A stretch of DNA of 58,032 nucleotides, filler included, from Sphacelaria rigidula (GCA_964200075.2; 8 parts of 8 records of this genome joined end to end with filler, not necessarily neighbours in it), one strand, 5' to 3'. Counted from the whole stretch's first letter, positions 1-12,637 are shown. Notes: generated by a model not told the origin, from the letters alone. Numbers and translations: made by a program.

Positions 1-67
1 ACAACTGCTTCTTTCTTCTTCACTGAAAACGCACTGCTCAGGGCAGATACCCATCGCTGAAACAAAA

Positions 68-161
68 ACTTACATAAATCTTACATAAATCTTACATAAA
101 TCTTACATAAATCTTACATAACTGTTACATAACTGTTACATAACTGTTACATAAATCTTAC
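68..161. repeat. 11-bp tandem repeat (CTTACATAAAT and variant GTTACATAACT), about 8 copies
   Basis: Read directly; abuts the exon donor at 161. Confidence 0.95.
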
Positions 162-294
162 AGATGGTAATTCCAAGAAGACCAAAGTGCACCACTTTCA
201 GCGCAAAGCCCTCGGGGTCGTCTTCTCGCCTCAAGTCCACCTGCGTCCCGTCGTGCTTGATGATACTTGTAGCCACCACGTAGTCGGGAAGGGT
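162..294 (-). CDS. FAD-linked oxidase exon (last in contig): TLPDYVVATSIIKHDGTQVDLRREDDPEGFALKVVHFGLLGITI
   Basis: tttgcag acceptor and GTAAG donor; phase 0 continues the 905-1007 exon; resembles the end of the PCMH FAD-binding domain of aldonolactone oxidases (D.V....+...DG......D.......LG.LG+I). Confidence 0.85.
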
Positions 295-664
295 CTGCAA
301 AAATATCAGCAACGAAAAAAGATAACGTTGGTAGGATCTTCATTTTCTTGATATCACATCATCGTTCCTATGAAGCCGCTAGCGAACATCAACAAGAGCA
401 GTTGTCTACCATGCACTGCCTCAGGCGGTCGCCATGTCTCTTTGCTTTTGAACGATTAGTACTTCAACTTCCTCACATGGAAATCGTAGCTGCTATCTCC
501 CAAGTTTACGCCGTTCATCTAGTCAACACAGGCGGAGAATATGATCACGAGCAACACGCTGACTGCTGTGGCTCCCTCACCGTGGGGGAATGGCTTGCAA
601 CTTTCGTCGACGTCATCATTGTGCTGTCATCTCGTAGATTTGGCAATAAATATGTACCGTGCAT

Positions 665-749
665 CGTTTTTCTTGGGTTCGCCTATGATGAGACCACGGC
701 TGGACCCCTGGGGGGTCAGTTGAAGTGCGACAATCAATCAATCAATCAT
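665..749 (+). repeat. 3' fragment of a (CAAT)n-tailed SINE/LINE family
   Basis: CTATGATGAGACCACGGCTGGACCCCTGGGG...AAGTGCGACAATCAATCAATC recurs at 54786-54873, 7810-7880 (rc) and, degenerate, near 17225-17320. Confidence 0.8.
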
Positions 750-904
750 ACAACAGCTCTCGTGATGTAAGATACCGCTCGCTTTCTAACCCGACTGTGC
801 AAGGCAGCGTGTCAAGCTATGGAGGGCCATGTCAAACGTCGAACCTTGTGCATCAATTAGAAACCCAACGGACTATGCTTGGCCCAAGTCTCCCATTATC
901 TTAC

Positions 905-1007
905 GTTCGTCTTGCCGGTCCCATGGCATGCGCAGTTGATGGTTCCTCCGTATGTTACAGTCTCCAAGATAACGTCAGATGGCAAGAACATCCCGCGCCA
1001 TACACCC
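905..1007 (-). CDS. FAD-linked oxidase exon: (R)GVWRGMFLPSDVILETVTYGGTINCACHGTGKTN
   Basis: ccacag acceptor, GTAAG donor, phase 2 to 0; carries the T+GG.I...xHG.G motif of VAO/PCMH flavoproteins. Confidence 0.88.
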
Positions 1008-1928
1008 CTGTGGAATGGACCAAGTTTTTTTCAGGAACGGACAGCCGGTTAGCTGGATCATCTCCGAACGTTTAAATGACTCGGGAGTTACAATCGATGT
1101 CTAGTGCCCCGTGGATCAAGTTGGTCCGTCGTCGCAGAGAAGTGTGATCGAATCTGGGTAGTGATGATGATTCGTCTTACTGCTTGCCGTCATGGAGGAA
1201 ACGTTGGAACATGAGCGAAACGGCTACCTCACTGGAAGTCGAACGCCTGCGGGGGTACTGATTCCTTTCTGACCGTTACTTGGAGGGAATCTATCGGGGC
1301 AGGGACGGGTTGATGGGGGAGGGGGGGGGGGAAGAAAAACAAAACAAAAAATGCAGAAACCTGTGGATGCCATCAGCCATGCATACATATATCTAAAAGC
1401 TCTAGAGAGAGATGACGGCAAACGCACGCTGTGCATTTGGCGTCACCAGGGCGCTCAACATGTCCGGCCCCCTACTTCTTGCTTTCTCAATAGACGAGTC
1501 AACGGATGTATACGCACTACGACCAGAACCGTGTAACTGCCCGAGCGCGAGAACCGACCAGCAACTTTATATCATGGGCAAGGAGCTTTGCATATGCGTC
1601 AGTTTCGCTCAAGCAGAGAATTTGTTGTTCTGGCTGCGCACACGGGAGAAGACCATTTACGCAGCGAGATGCCGGTCGTTCCGGATCGTGTTCCCAACCA
1701 CGTGGGTATGACGCTGGACGCCAAAACACAGCAGGAGGGGGGGGGGGGGGTTTCTCACACCTATCTCTGGGGTCGAGGAAAGTTGCTAATGCGCCGCAAG
1801 CCACCCCGGGGCCGACGGTCCCCTGAAAACCCNNNNNNNNNNGGGCGTTCCGGAGCGGGTTCCCAAGCGCGGGGGAATGACGCTGGACGCCAAAAGACAG
1901 CAGGGGGGGGGGGGGGGATTTCTCACAC

Positions 1929-1990
1929 CTATCTCTGGAGTCGAGGAAAGTTGCTAATGCGCCGCAAGTCACTCCGGGGCCGACGGTCAC
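1929..1990 (-). CDS. FAD-linked oxidase exon: VTVGPGVTCGALATFLDSRD(R)
   Basis: gtgcag acceptor, GTGTGA donor, phase 0 to 2; VTV.xG+...L...L motif of the FAD-binding domain. Confidence 0.85.
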
Positions 1991-2363
1991 CTGCACACAC
2001 AGACACAAGAAAACATGAATAGAAACGAGGTGAACTCCTCAAATCGTTTGCTCACCATGACAACAGGAGGTTTTGACGCCGGGGGTTGGATTGAAGTGCG
2101 CAATTCGAGCATACATTCAGGAATCTTCATGAGACCTGGATAGACAGTTCACATGCGTCTGCCTCAGTCTGCAGTACGCGCAATTGTCCTTTCACAGTGT
2201 GCGTGGAATGCACGATGGTAACACACACATGCGCTGCCGCACCCACTTCGCTGCAGTACATCGGCATACGTGTGAGCTTGCAAAAATGCTATGCACAAAA
2301 ACTCCCGTCAATATCCTGATCTAACGAACACACAAGCACACGAAATATTTTTTGTCAATCCAC

Positions 2364-2510
2364 CTGGGTGGGTTTGGAGTCCGCACTCCAAGTAATGCCT
2401 GCCAGTCCTTTGGTGTCTACCAACCACGCATTGTCATCCGCAAAGAACGGAGACCACGAGTGGCTGGCACCCATGCACCGGATCTTAGGGGAAGATGGAT
2501 CGGCGCGCGC
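2364..2510 (-). CDS. FAD-linked oxidase exon: ARADPSSPKIRCMGASHSWSPFFADDNAWLVDTKGLAGITWSADSKPTQ
   Basis: ctgcag acceptor, GTGGA donor, 49 codons, phase 0-0; R.xGxxHS PP-loop motif. Confidence 0.88.
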
Positions 2511-3449
2511 CTGCAGCATGAAGAGGAAGGGAAACCCCACGCAGAATAATGTCAAGTAATATACGTGAAAAATTCCTCGGCGAATGAGCACGCAGAATGC
2601 AGCGTGCAATTCCACCGCGCTGTGAGTTCTGGGCCACCAACACTGCTCCTTCTGGTACGACATACTACATTGGGTCTGGAAAGGTTCGAGTCTGGGCAAA
2701 TATACTTGGGTTCTTCGGAGAAGGATCTGATTAACGTCGCTGAAACGTCGTAACGTGAACAACAGGAGTGCTTCTGACGAGAGTCCGCGTTATGTGCGGG
2801 AGTGCTGATTCAATCCACGATGCCGAACTGCGTACCGGGGAGAGATCGGTTGTTAGCTTTCGACCTGAAGTTCATATCCCGAGGAATGCGAGGGGATGGG
2901 CGTGTGCAAAAGAAGGGGGACGGGGGGCTCACGAGCAGGACCTCATCTGGCGACTGTTCAACATATGCGAATGCCGGTAGTTCACCGTGTTGCAGAAAAA
3001 CAACTGAAGTTCGGGATAAGGCTGAGCTATCAACTCTGTAATCTTGGCCCATCACGACGGGGACGAACACGACCGATCTGGCTGTCACGGTAATTTCGAG
3101 TGACTAAGGCCCCAGCGTTGGAGTCACCAACTCTCATTTCTCCGGAGACGATGCCTTCAAGCGGTGCTGCCCGAGTGTGACCGCCATGACCGCAGTCGAA
3201 TGAAACAGTTGCAATTGCTATCGACCAGTCTGCGAAGGCGGTTGTATGATGCCCTACTCCCAACTGCCACCTGCTGTTCGGGCGAGCGTTTACAGACACA
3301 GAATCCCAGTCGGTATATCTGAAATGTAAAAGGTGTAAATGCATCGCTCTACTCTTGCTCTCCTTGGGATAAAAATGGGGTTAGGAACGTGGGGGAACAA
3401 GCAAGAAACCCAGGGCATGGTGTCATACAAAGTAAGTGCAACATCTCAC

Positions 3450-3489
3450 TTGTGCGAGAATATCTTGGACATCTTGGACGCTCTTGGGC
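3450..3489 (-). CDS. FAD-linked oxidase exon: PKSVQDVQDILAQ
   Basis: gttcag acceptor, GTGAGA donor; the P.S.++V..++ motif that opens the FAD-binding domain; joins the next exon in frame. Confidence 0.75.
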
Positions 3490-4190
3490 CTGAACACCTT
3501 GGCTGGCGCGGTCTGCTGAGTAGCGGCCCAGTTCCGGAATTCGCCGGGTTTACTGACGGCTCTCAGTACCTCGTTTTTTTTTATCGCTTCATCTGGAGGG
3601 GATCATGTGAGCCACCGTTTGCATTAGGAGCGCAATTTGCAGACAACTCTTTGATACTTCTCGGGGGGGGACTCACGCAAGCCGACACACCCGCGTATCA
3701 GGCGACAAAAGAATGTGTGACGACAGTAAAACGCAGCTCATGAAGATTATCACAAGTGAGGACATTGCGTCTTGTACGCCATAGAGTTGATAGCACACTG
3801 GAGTTGAAAACTTGCCTTCAGATCTCATCATTCACTCGCCCAAGTGGTACAACTCAGTGGAATCAGTGGGATTTCATCGGTCCTCTCGTTGGCCATTGCG
3901 TGGGAGAGGCCGCTCGGCTTGTGTTGAAACTGGTTTCATCAGACATCGAAAAACAAGCCAGCCACAGCGAGGCCGACCGCAAGATTCTGTTACTGGACGC
4001 ACCTGTCAAGTCTGCTTGACGTTTCGCGATGAACTCCAGCTACGAAAGGCGATGAAGCCAGGCTAGCCCTGCATCTCTTGTCTATTTCTTGACGCGGTCG
4101 ACACTTTACATGTATCGCTTTCGTGAGTAAAGAACCGTAACAACGCTATTACTACCCTATGTGGGGAGGGGGACGGGTGACTTTTGTGTA

Positions 4191-4296
4191 TTAACCCTTA
4201 GACCGTGAGGTTGGTCTTCTGTTGAATCGGCACCAATTTCAGGGGGCAAAAAGTACGCATGATCCAGAAAGACTAATCTCGCGGTCTAAGGGTTAA
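4191..4296. mobile_element. piggyBac-like MITE (~100 bp, TTAA-flanked)
   Basis: TTAA-CCCTTAGACCG...CGGTCTAAGGG-TTAA terminal inverted repeats; a partial second copy lies at 6900-6985. Confidence 0.8.
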
Positions 4297-5934
4297 GTCG
4301 CGACCAAGGACATGGACTCGTCTACTGCATGTGCGGACCCAACGTGCCTTTTGGACCGCATCGGAGCTCAAAACACCCCACGACCGACGTTTCTCAAGAC
4401 CGCTCGGGTCAGTCCCTGCAGGGACGACGCCTCTGATCCTGACCCTAATACCAACCCCAACCCTAATACCAACAATGAGGGTGTATTGACTCCGACCCGG
4501 TCCAGAAGCACGCGGTCTGCTCGCGCATTTCACTCGACTATGTACAGAACCTACCAGCCGAGGCCAGCGTGTACGATGCCGCCGATACTTTAAGCCGGAA
4601 TGAAAAGGGATAACCTGGAGGCAGGCTCACTGCGGAATACTTAGACTGACCTTCTTCTGACCCGTTGTCCATCGTCTTGTCGCAGAACTGGTTGATGTCG
4701 CGGAGCCAAAGCCATCAGTGGAACACAAGGAACGCACAGCACCACGGTTGCAAAAACAGAAGGTTTATCAGCCATGGCATAGTGCACGATGAGGATAAAA
4801 CCTCGTTTCATCGTCTACAATAGGGGTATAGATGATCGCGCGAAGTCCAGGTACATTGTCCTCGCCGATGCAGTGGCCCATGGATCTTGAGCGCTGACAC
4901 TATGGCACCTACGACTATGTCGTAGGTACTACGCTCAACCAACAGTCGAGGATCGCCTGTTGTTGTTGAAGGGAGGCCTCCGCATCGACGTGCGCACGCG
5001 CGTAAGTTGGGAACAAACAAGCTTTGCTATTTTGTATTTCATTATTCTTGTAAAGGTAAAATCCGTCACACTTCCCCTTCTTAGACCACTTTTCACGGGG
5101 GCGACAGTTCGTTTTTGAAAGTACCAGGTTTGATCCTCTGGAGATCGTTTTTGCGTGAAAGCATGGTCAAACGGACGGTGAAACCTCGCAATTGGATTGT
5201 CTACGGGTGTTATGGTGCACTCGGGCAATCCTGAAGGGACGATGACTTTGGCCTTGGTGAAGTTTTCGACACTCACTCCATGAGTGACGGGTCTCTGTGC
5301 GGTAAATGCCAGACGTCATTAACGCGGGACCTCTCGGCTCCGTTGCACGTGTGAGCACATCAAGTGCGGTTAGCGTGCCGCTGTGCGTTGTTGTCGATGT
5401 GATTTATTGCTGCTGCTGAAAATGAAATTTGCCCCAACGCCGACGTCAACGTCAACATCAACATCAGCAACGCCAACGTGAATGAATGTCAACAACCAAT
5501 TCGCTCTGTGTGGGTGCATGGCAAGCACCACCCTCTTCCTTCACAATATATAAACCCTTGTGGGCTCCACCCTCATGAACGACGAAAAGCGCGTTCTGCT
5601 GCCTGCTCGTTGGTGCAGAGAACGACGCAGATGAACAAAATCAATCACGCAAGTTCAGTTGTCTGAAAAGAGTACGTTCTGCCCTGCCTGGCTAGGCATC
5701 CCATTTTCATCCGGATAATGGGCCCGGCGTTTTGTGCATACTTCGAATATAAGCCAATAGGTTATAGGTAATGCCTTGACGGACGGATAACTAAACTGTT
5801 TCTCCACGCGCACTACTAGTTTGAACATCACTAGCCAGCGAAAAGCGAACAGAGCCTCGACCAAAATATCAGTTGTTTCTTCCGAATGGGTCGTTTGGAT
5901 GATATTTGCGAAGTCTCACACCACCTGTCCTTAC

Positions 5935-6007
5935 CTTCTGTAGCGCAGACTTGTCATCAGAATCGGACGACCAGCGCTCCTCCCACCGATCATTCGCAGC
6001 ATGTGTA
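5935..6007 (-). CDS. Possible upstream exon THAANDRWEERWSSDSDDKSALQK (gene assignment uncertain)
   Basis: Strong poly-T-cag acceptor and AG/GTAAG donor with an open frame; no recognisable motif. Confidence 0.35.
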
Positions 6008-6161
6008 CTGAAAAAAATTCCCATCCTTGCCCCTTCACTGGTCTGGCTGTGTGCACGTGTTGGGGTGACAATTTAGCAAGCAGGGGTATCATCTCCATTA
6101 GAAACACGGCAAAATGCGTTGGTGATGATAATGATACTTGTTCATTCGATATAGGACATAC

Positions 6162-6260
6162 TAGAGGTATCTCAAACTCGAGGTCTCCAATATATTCAGA
6201 TGTAAATTACTGTGAAGTACTGTCAAATATGCCGGAAACATCGAGTCTGAGATACCTCTA
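6162..6260. mobile_element. Short hairpin MITE
   Basis: TAGAGGTATCTCAAACTCGA / TCGAGTCTGAGATACCTCTA inverted ends; ATAC on both flanks. Confidence 0.65.
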
Positions 6261-7167
6261 ATACAAAAACTTGTTCGGGACGACCGAAGAATGTAACTGT
6301 TGAACTGCGACCCCGCCTTGGATGGATTTAGCTCGAGTGCATGTGCCACATTTAGGGTTTAGACGCCACTTTTTTCTCGCTACAGCACACATAACGCTTT
6401 TTCCATGAACATGTGATGTTGTTGGGCATCTATCTATATAGAAGAGTCATATAGAAAATGGTTCCGGAGAACCCCTGACCGGTTCTTTATCCTGAAGTCA
6501 AGTACATGCGGAGTCAGTGTGTCAGCTGTGTGCCTTCGCTGGACACAATGGTAATAACAAGCCAGCGTGACATTGCTCTCCATTGAGCACAGTCTACTGC
6601 ACGCTGCAGACGTATCTGCTTAGTGTTCCGATACAACACTACAGGCAGCGTGAATCTATATACTGGCAACTCAAAGGGGGTTACGCAGGCGGAAAAGACC
6701 ACTAGCGGAAAGAGTGAAGAAGCACGTTGTTTGCACTCATGCTATCTATAGTTGCGTTGTCATGACGAAAATGATAAATACGGCTAGCGAGCACATACTC
6801 CATCTGCAGTCTATCTGTAGGGGGGAACAAGTAACCATTCTGACTAATTCTGACTCATCACAGCTCTCAAACTTGTCATGGCCCTTCTTAACAACGACGT
6901 TAGTCTTCTGTTGAATCGGCATCAATTTCAAATGAAAAAAAGTATGCATGATCCAGAAAGACTAATCCCGCGGTCCAAGGGTTAAGACAGGCCCTAAGGG
7001 TTAACGAAGGGGACAATCCCCTTTTTCAAAAACGACCAGTGATTGGTCGCTGCGATACCACCCTCCCCGCCCCCAAATCCCCTCAACGTGCACAGAAATC
7101 CCCTCTGTGTTGTTGTGTTGTCGTCCCATTTATTCTGGGCGCCAGTCTACCCTTTTCGGGATATGTG

Positions 7168-7267
7168 NNNNNNNNNNNNNNNNNNNNNNNNNNNNNNNNN
7201 NNNNNNNNNNNTTAATTAATTAANNNNNNNNNNNNNNNNNNNNNNNNNNNNNNNNNNNNNNNNNNNN
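7168..7267. other. Artificial contig linker
   Basis: N44-TTAATTAATTAA-N44 (stops in all six frames). Confidence 0.99.
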
Positions 7268-7527
7268 GTCTTGAAAGGGATGCGTGGTCAATGGTCAAAC
7301 GACTAAGGCAAGCAACACATGAGAACGCCCCCCCCAATCCCCGCGGTCCTCCTCCCCCTGCCTGTAGAGGATGAGAGCTGTCATCGATCTGACAGCCATA
7401 TCACGCACCTAGCTTGAGTGACTCCCCGAGGGTTTTGCTCAGGCAATGATATCAAAGCATGCCCGGTGTTGTCTCGGAGAGATGAATAGCTGCTGTGGGT
7501 TATTCTCGTATTTTTCTATAACGTCAG

Positions 7528-7692
7528 GTTTCGGTGGAGTCGGGGAGAAACAGGGACGACGCCGACGTTCCAGCGCCCGTCAGGTCGTTCAAGCACGCCG
7601 GCTTCGACGACCTGTTGTTGACGGAGGTGGTGCGTCAGGGCTTTGAGGCGCCCACGCCTATCCAGTCGCAGGCGTTGCCAGTCGTCATGTCG
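7528..7692 (+). CDS. DDX42: DEAD-box RNA helicase DDX42-like, exon with Q motif
   Basis: VSVESG...PVRSFKHAGFD...GFEAPTPIQSQALPVVMS; cag/gtgag boundaries. Confidence 0.9.
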
Positions 7693-8465
7693 GTGAGAAT
7701 GTGTTATTCTGGCTGCTGCTCCTGCTACTTGCGGTGCATTCCTCTTGCAGCTGTTGCTGACAGGCTGGATAGATGTCATTCATCTGCCTCTTTACTGATT
7801 TTTGGTGGGTTAATTGATCGATTGTCGCACTTCAAGTGAAACCCCAGGGATCCAGTCGTGGTTACATGATAGACGTACCCGCGACAAGACCAAACTGAAA
7901 CACTCGCTGAAGAAAAAGAAGGAGCAGAAAAAAAGTCGAGCAGAACGACATCGTAGACTGAGACGTGAGAAAGAAAAAAAAAGGAGAGAATAAAAAAGGC
8001 AACAAAAGCAAAGCACAAGAAAAAATGGCCGATCCAAAACAAGAAGGGAGAAGAAGAAAAAACTTTTGTTTGGAACGAGGCTGTCGGTGACGGAGAGAGC
8101 TGGAGTACTGAGCGCTCAAGATCTTCGCCGATAGTCGCCGCGTAGTCAATTGTCACCGCACTACAGGCGTGTCGAACTCACTCTGTATGTTGACCTTGAC
8201 ATAGTATTGCCTGCCCGTACATGGTAAAGTAGGTCAGCCGCATGATGAAGCACAAACAGTGCGTGCCAAGTTTTGCTGAAGCTATGAATGCCAAAAGAAG
8301 GATAGAAAGCGTTGCGATTTTTACATACATTCAAGATGAAGAATCGACATTACATCGTTGGTCAAAGCAGACTCCTCATGGTTGATTTGATAATAGTTGA
8401 ATCGATAACGCCCCCAACACAGCTCCGTTATTTTGTTCCGTTTCCAACTCTTCCGCCGTGTTCAG

Positions 8466-8656
8466 GGAAGAGACATGATTGGCGTGGCGCAAACGGGTTC
8501 GGGAAAGACGCTGGCGTTTGTTTGGCCTGCATTGATTCACGTCATGGATCAGAGGGTCATCGTGAAGGGAAAAGAGGGTCCCATTGTGGTTATTCTCGCA
8601 CCCACACGGGAGCTGGCCGGCCAAATTTACTCGGAGGCGAACAAGTTCGCAAAGAG
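8466..8656 (+). CDS. DDX42: DDX42-like exon (motifs I and Ia)
   Basis: [15 protein letters not shown]...ILAPTRELA; cag/gtatg boundaries, phase 0 to 2. Confidence 0.93.
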
Positions 8657-8686
8657 GTATGTTGTTGGTACAGCTGCTATTCTGAT

Positions 8687-8797
8687 GGGGAGGGGAGGGG
8701 TGGTACTCATGATCATGCACGCCATAGTCATAAGATCACTGGCCTCGCATCCCTACAAAGCCGGGACGGAGCACGCCGGGTTTTCCCCGGACCAGGA
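8687..8797 (+). repeat. Module of an abundant dispersed non-coding repeat
   Basis: TACTCATGATCATGCA...CATCCCTACAAAGCCGGGACGGAGCACGCCGGG also at ~27670-27780 and, reverse-complemented, at 43440-43500, 50335-50400 and 56790-56910. Confidence 0.85.
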
Positions 8798-9515
8798 TCG
8801 CACTCAAACCACCAAGCGCGAAGCGCCGTGGTCGTGAGGGGATGATGGTGGTGATACCCGCGGCGCCGACAGTGAGAGGTGTTGTGCACGTTCCCATGTA
8901 TTGTATTTCCCGTCCGGAGCTGTTTATTGTGGCAGGGTGATATATTTTTTTCAACACCAATCTCACACTCGGCGATGCTGTGACCTGTGGAATATGGTAC
9001 TGCTCAAGGAAGGAAGTGAAATGAAATGTGACATGTGTTACCACCGAAAAGCTTTTTTAGTAGACTGGAGAGTCTTGATTGTATCTTCTTTTTATTTTCT
9101 TCATTTTTTGCTCGGCATACAGGGGTGGACTTGGGGGGAGGGAAGATGCTGACAGCCGGCGCTGAGTGCTCACTCGCTAATTTGACAAATGGAACGAATG
9201 CTTCCATGCTTTCACTTTTTGCCGAAGCACCGTAAACCACAGTTTACGAGCTCCCTATCACTTTGGACGGCAAGAGTAGGTCTTGTGTGAAATCGACATC
9301 ATTTGCATCTGAAAAAAGTATCCATAACACAGAGGACTGCCCTCGCGATCTGGGGGTTAATTATCCGTTGAGCGCAATAAATAGTACAGTGCACCATTGA
9401 CCTGGTACAGCTTGTCGAGTACGATAACACATGAGGAGTACAGTGGGGGGTATTTTGATGGCTGTTCTCATGTTCCGATTCGAATCTATTGACACCGATG
9501 TGGAAAAACCTGCAG

Positions 9516-9672
9516 GTACGGGTGTAAGGTGTGTGCTGTGTACGGGGGGGCCGGGAAATGGGAGATGCAGAAAGCGCTCAAGGAGGGGCCGGAGATTGTC
9601 GTGGCTACACCCGGTCGGATGATCGAAATGATCAAGCTAAAGTCTACCAACATGCAAAGGTGCACAATGATG
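9516..9672 (+). CDS. DDX42: DDX42-like exon (GG doublet, TPGR)
   Basis: YGCKVCAVYGGAGKWEMQKALKEGPEIVVATPGRMIEM...; phase 2 to 0. Confidence 0.93.
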
Positions 9673-10351
9673 GTGAGCGAGAGTTCGTTGTGGTACCGTC
9701 TCGTGGTCAAAAATCAATACTTTGATATTTTGCTTGTTGGTGACTACTGTAGACACCTTGGTGAACCGCTGTTTTGATGTTTTGCTCGTAGTTCGCACCA
9801 GTCAACTCTGAAGTGTTTTCGACTACTTGAGAAGCATGGAGAACGACTGCACGCGTTGCTTGTTGTTGGCTACTGTTGTACACACCTCTGATCAACCACT
9901 CTTTTTGCTATATAAATTTGCTATATATGTATATATGTATGTGTATGAATTTATGTGAATTTAATCAATTTATTAAGTCATTAATTAAATATTGTTTGAG
10001 GATGGATGGTTGGATTTTATTTTTTGGACAAGGGAAAGACAATGTATCGTTCGTAGCTCACCCGTAGTCGCTTTCGTAAGTGTTTTGATTACTCTGGGAT
10101 AATGGACACGACGACGGAGCAAAATCGCGATTTATTCGAAAAAAAGTAGCACACCCTGCACAATGAAATTGCAGTCGAGAAGTGTACCGCGTATAGTATG
10201 GACTGATGCGTCTATTGCAGTAGACAAAATATTCCATACTGTACGCAGCACATTTTCTTTGGCAATGTAATATTTTGTCCAGGATGTAATCAGTAGTTAC
10301 ACACGATTTACTCGACGACCTCGATTCTCACGAGTCAGAGTCGAAGTCTTT

Positions 10352-10965
10352 CAAAGGCTGGTCGAGTATAGTATGCTCAATTGCGGGGTATTTGAAAGTC
10401 GTACTTGAAGTGCTCGAATTGGGGTAGGGTGCTAGGCGCCGTACCCAAAAAATAACTGGAATGCGACCCCTAACACCCTACTCTAATTTTTGTACTAAAA
10501 GGCTACTTCTTATGTATCAAGAATAAAACTTGTTGAAAAGTGCATTTTTGACTCTTGTCCATCGTTTTTCACCCGAAAGGAGGGCTTGGCGGATGTTAAC
10601 ACCTTGGAATGACTTGCTGTACTCGTCGAGACCGCGCCTTTGTGTTTTTCGTAGGTCACAGTTTCTTTGTTGTCCAAACTGGCACTTTCAATAACAGACG
10701 GTCAACTTATAAAAAACAAGGTGAAAACTGCCATTTTTCTGATAACTTGACCGTTTGTTTTCGAAAATGCAAGTTTGATGCAGAGCAAAACTGCTCTGCA
10801 ACGTTCTCAACGAGCACAGCAAGTCATTCCGACGTGCCATCATCCGCCTGGCCCTCTTTTCGGGCGAAAAACGACGGAAAAGGGTCAAAACTGCACTTTT
10901 CAACGATATTTATTTTTTTATATATGAGAAGTAGGATAAGTACGACTTTCAAAATTCCCTGCAGT
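10352..10965. mobile_element. Longer degenerate relative of the 13450 MITE with internal inverted repeats
   Basis: Left end is homologous to 13450-13600; 10530-10596 and 10841-10906 are inverted copies. Confidence 0.6.
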
Positions 10966-11169
10966 CTTCATTATGTGGGCTGTTGACACAGCGAACAAAA
11001 CGACCAGGTGGTCACATATTCCTGTAGCCGCGTTGGTCACATCTTTCTTAAGCCGCCGAGGTACTTGCAACCCTCGCTGCATAGCCCCGCGATTCCGCCG
11101 CCACCTCGCCGCCTTTGTACCGAAATCGGTTCCCCGCTATGGCGCATTGTTATTGGTCTTGTGCGTTAG

Positions 11170-11304
<135 letters not shown>

Positions 11305-12088
11305 TAAATTTTCTTCGCGTCGTACATGCTACGTGTGCTTTTAACGCCCCCGCTTCCTCGGGACGACTTGGTGTCTCAAGAGGATCAGCCCATCTCCCGT
11401 CGGTAGATGTATTTTGCTCCGTCTCGAAAGGGATGCATGATCAATGGTCGAACGACTGAGGCAAGCAACAAAACGAGTACGCCCCTCGATAGGTGTTGGG
11501 ACGACTTCGTGTCTCGAGGGATCAACCCATCTCTCCCTCGGTAGCTGCATGACATATATATGTTGTCGAGCATTGGATGATGACTGTCATCGCACTCCCG
11601 CTGCCCGTCGAATTTTGTCCATTTTTTTGGTGACTCACGTGCTAACGCCTTCTGCGATGGAAACCAGTGAGATAAAGTCGTTCACTATTGGCATTGTAAC
11701 TCATTGCTCCGCCCGAAGTGACAAAAGATGTATTAGTTTGACCATCGCGGCGCGGCGGCTGTGAGGGTACTCGATTTTGTTTTGTTCTCATCCCTGACCC
11801 GTATCCCCTCGATCCCGTTCAATGTCTGCAAGTTCCACACAGTACGGTGTAGAGCGAAATCAATACTCGCCTACAGAACATCTGGCTACCATATAGAGGA
11901 TCCACCGAAAGCGGTGGGCGCAGCTCGCTCTACATCACCTCATTTACACGCATCATGCTCTTCCGTGCAATGAAAGCCCCCTGCAACTACCCCTCAATAA
12001 GCTCCTAATACCATATTGAAAAAAAGCGACCCGCAATCATCACCCCGTAACGTGTCTGTTTTTTTCTCTTCTTTTTTGTGTCATTTAG

Positions 12089-12172
12089 AAACTTGCGTCG
12101 GATATTCTGGACGACCCTGTGCACGTTCATATCGGCAGCCACAACCTCACCGCCAACGAGGACATCCACCAG
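12089..12172 (+). CDS. DDX42: DDX42-like exon
   Basis: KLASDILDDPVHVHIGSHNLTANEDIHQ; tag/gtgcg boundaries. Confidence 0.9.
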
Positions 12173-12637
12173 GTGCGTGGACGGGGCGAAACGGACAGGG
12201 CTCGCGTTGGGATCGGCATGTGTTGGCGTTGTTGGTTGTCAATGCCTCTCGGCGTGTTGTGCCGTAGTTGGCAGTTTGAGCTTGTCTAGGGACATGTGAA
12301 ATGTGAGCTTCTGGGGGCTGTTTAGGAGGGTGAAAGCTGCAGTAGCTTAAAATATCACAGACGACTTCTGCCGCCCCTGCTGCCATTGATCGATTGATTT
12401 GATTTGCTTTATTTAATTGATTGCCGCACTCTTTGCTTGATTTATCTGATTGATCGTCGCACTTCTTGATCGATTGATTGGTTGTTGCGCTAGCCATTCA
12501 CAAAAGATGAGTAGTCACACCGAGTACAGGTGAAGTCGGTGAGTCTCGCGCTTGCCCATCGTCCCCATTCGTGTTTGGGTACCTCCGTCCGCTTTGGTGT
12601 AACTCGGTCCACCTACGCCCTTAACTGGCGCTACCAG

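Noticed and set aside
1675..2000. Apparent tandem duplicate of the VTVGPG exon (1761-1822 vs 1929-1990), suggesting mutually exclusive exons
   Set aside because: The copies flank a 10-N gap and each degrades on the gap side of a poly-G run. This is typical of two overlapping low-quality contig ends that were not merged.
3270..3318. YTDWDSVSVNARPNS as the N-terminal NW motif of the FAD oxidase
   Set aside because: It lies downstream of the PKSVQDV exon on the coding strand, so the order is wrong.
4441..4475. CCCTAA-like runs here, near 21416 and near 52975 as telomeres
   Set aside because: They are short, degenerate and internal, and the 21416 unit is a 10-mer.
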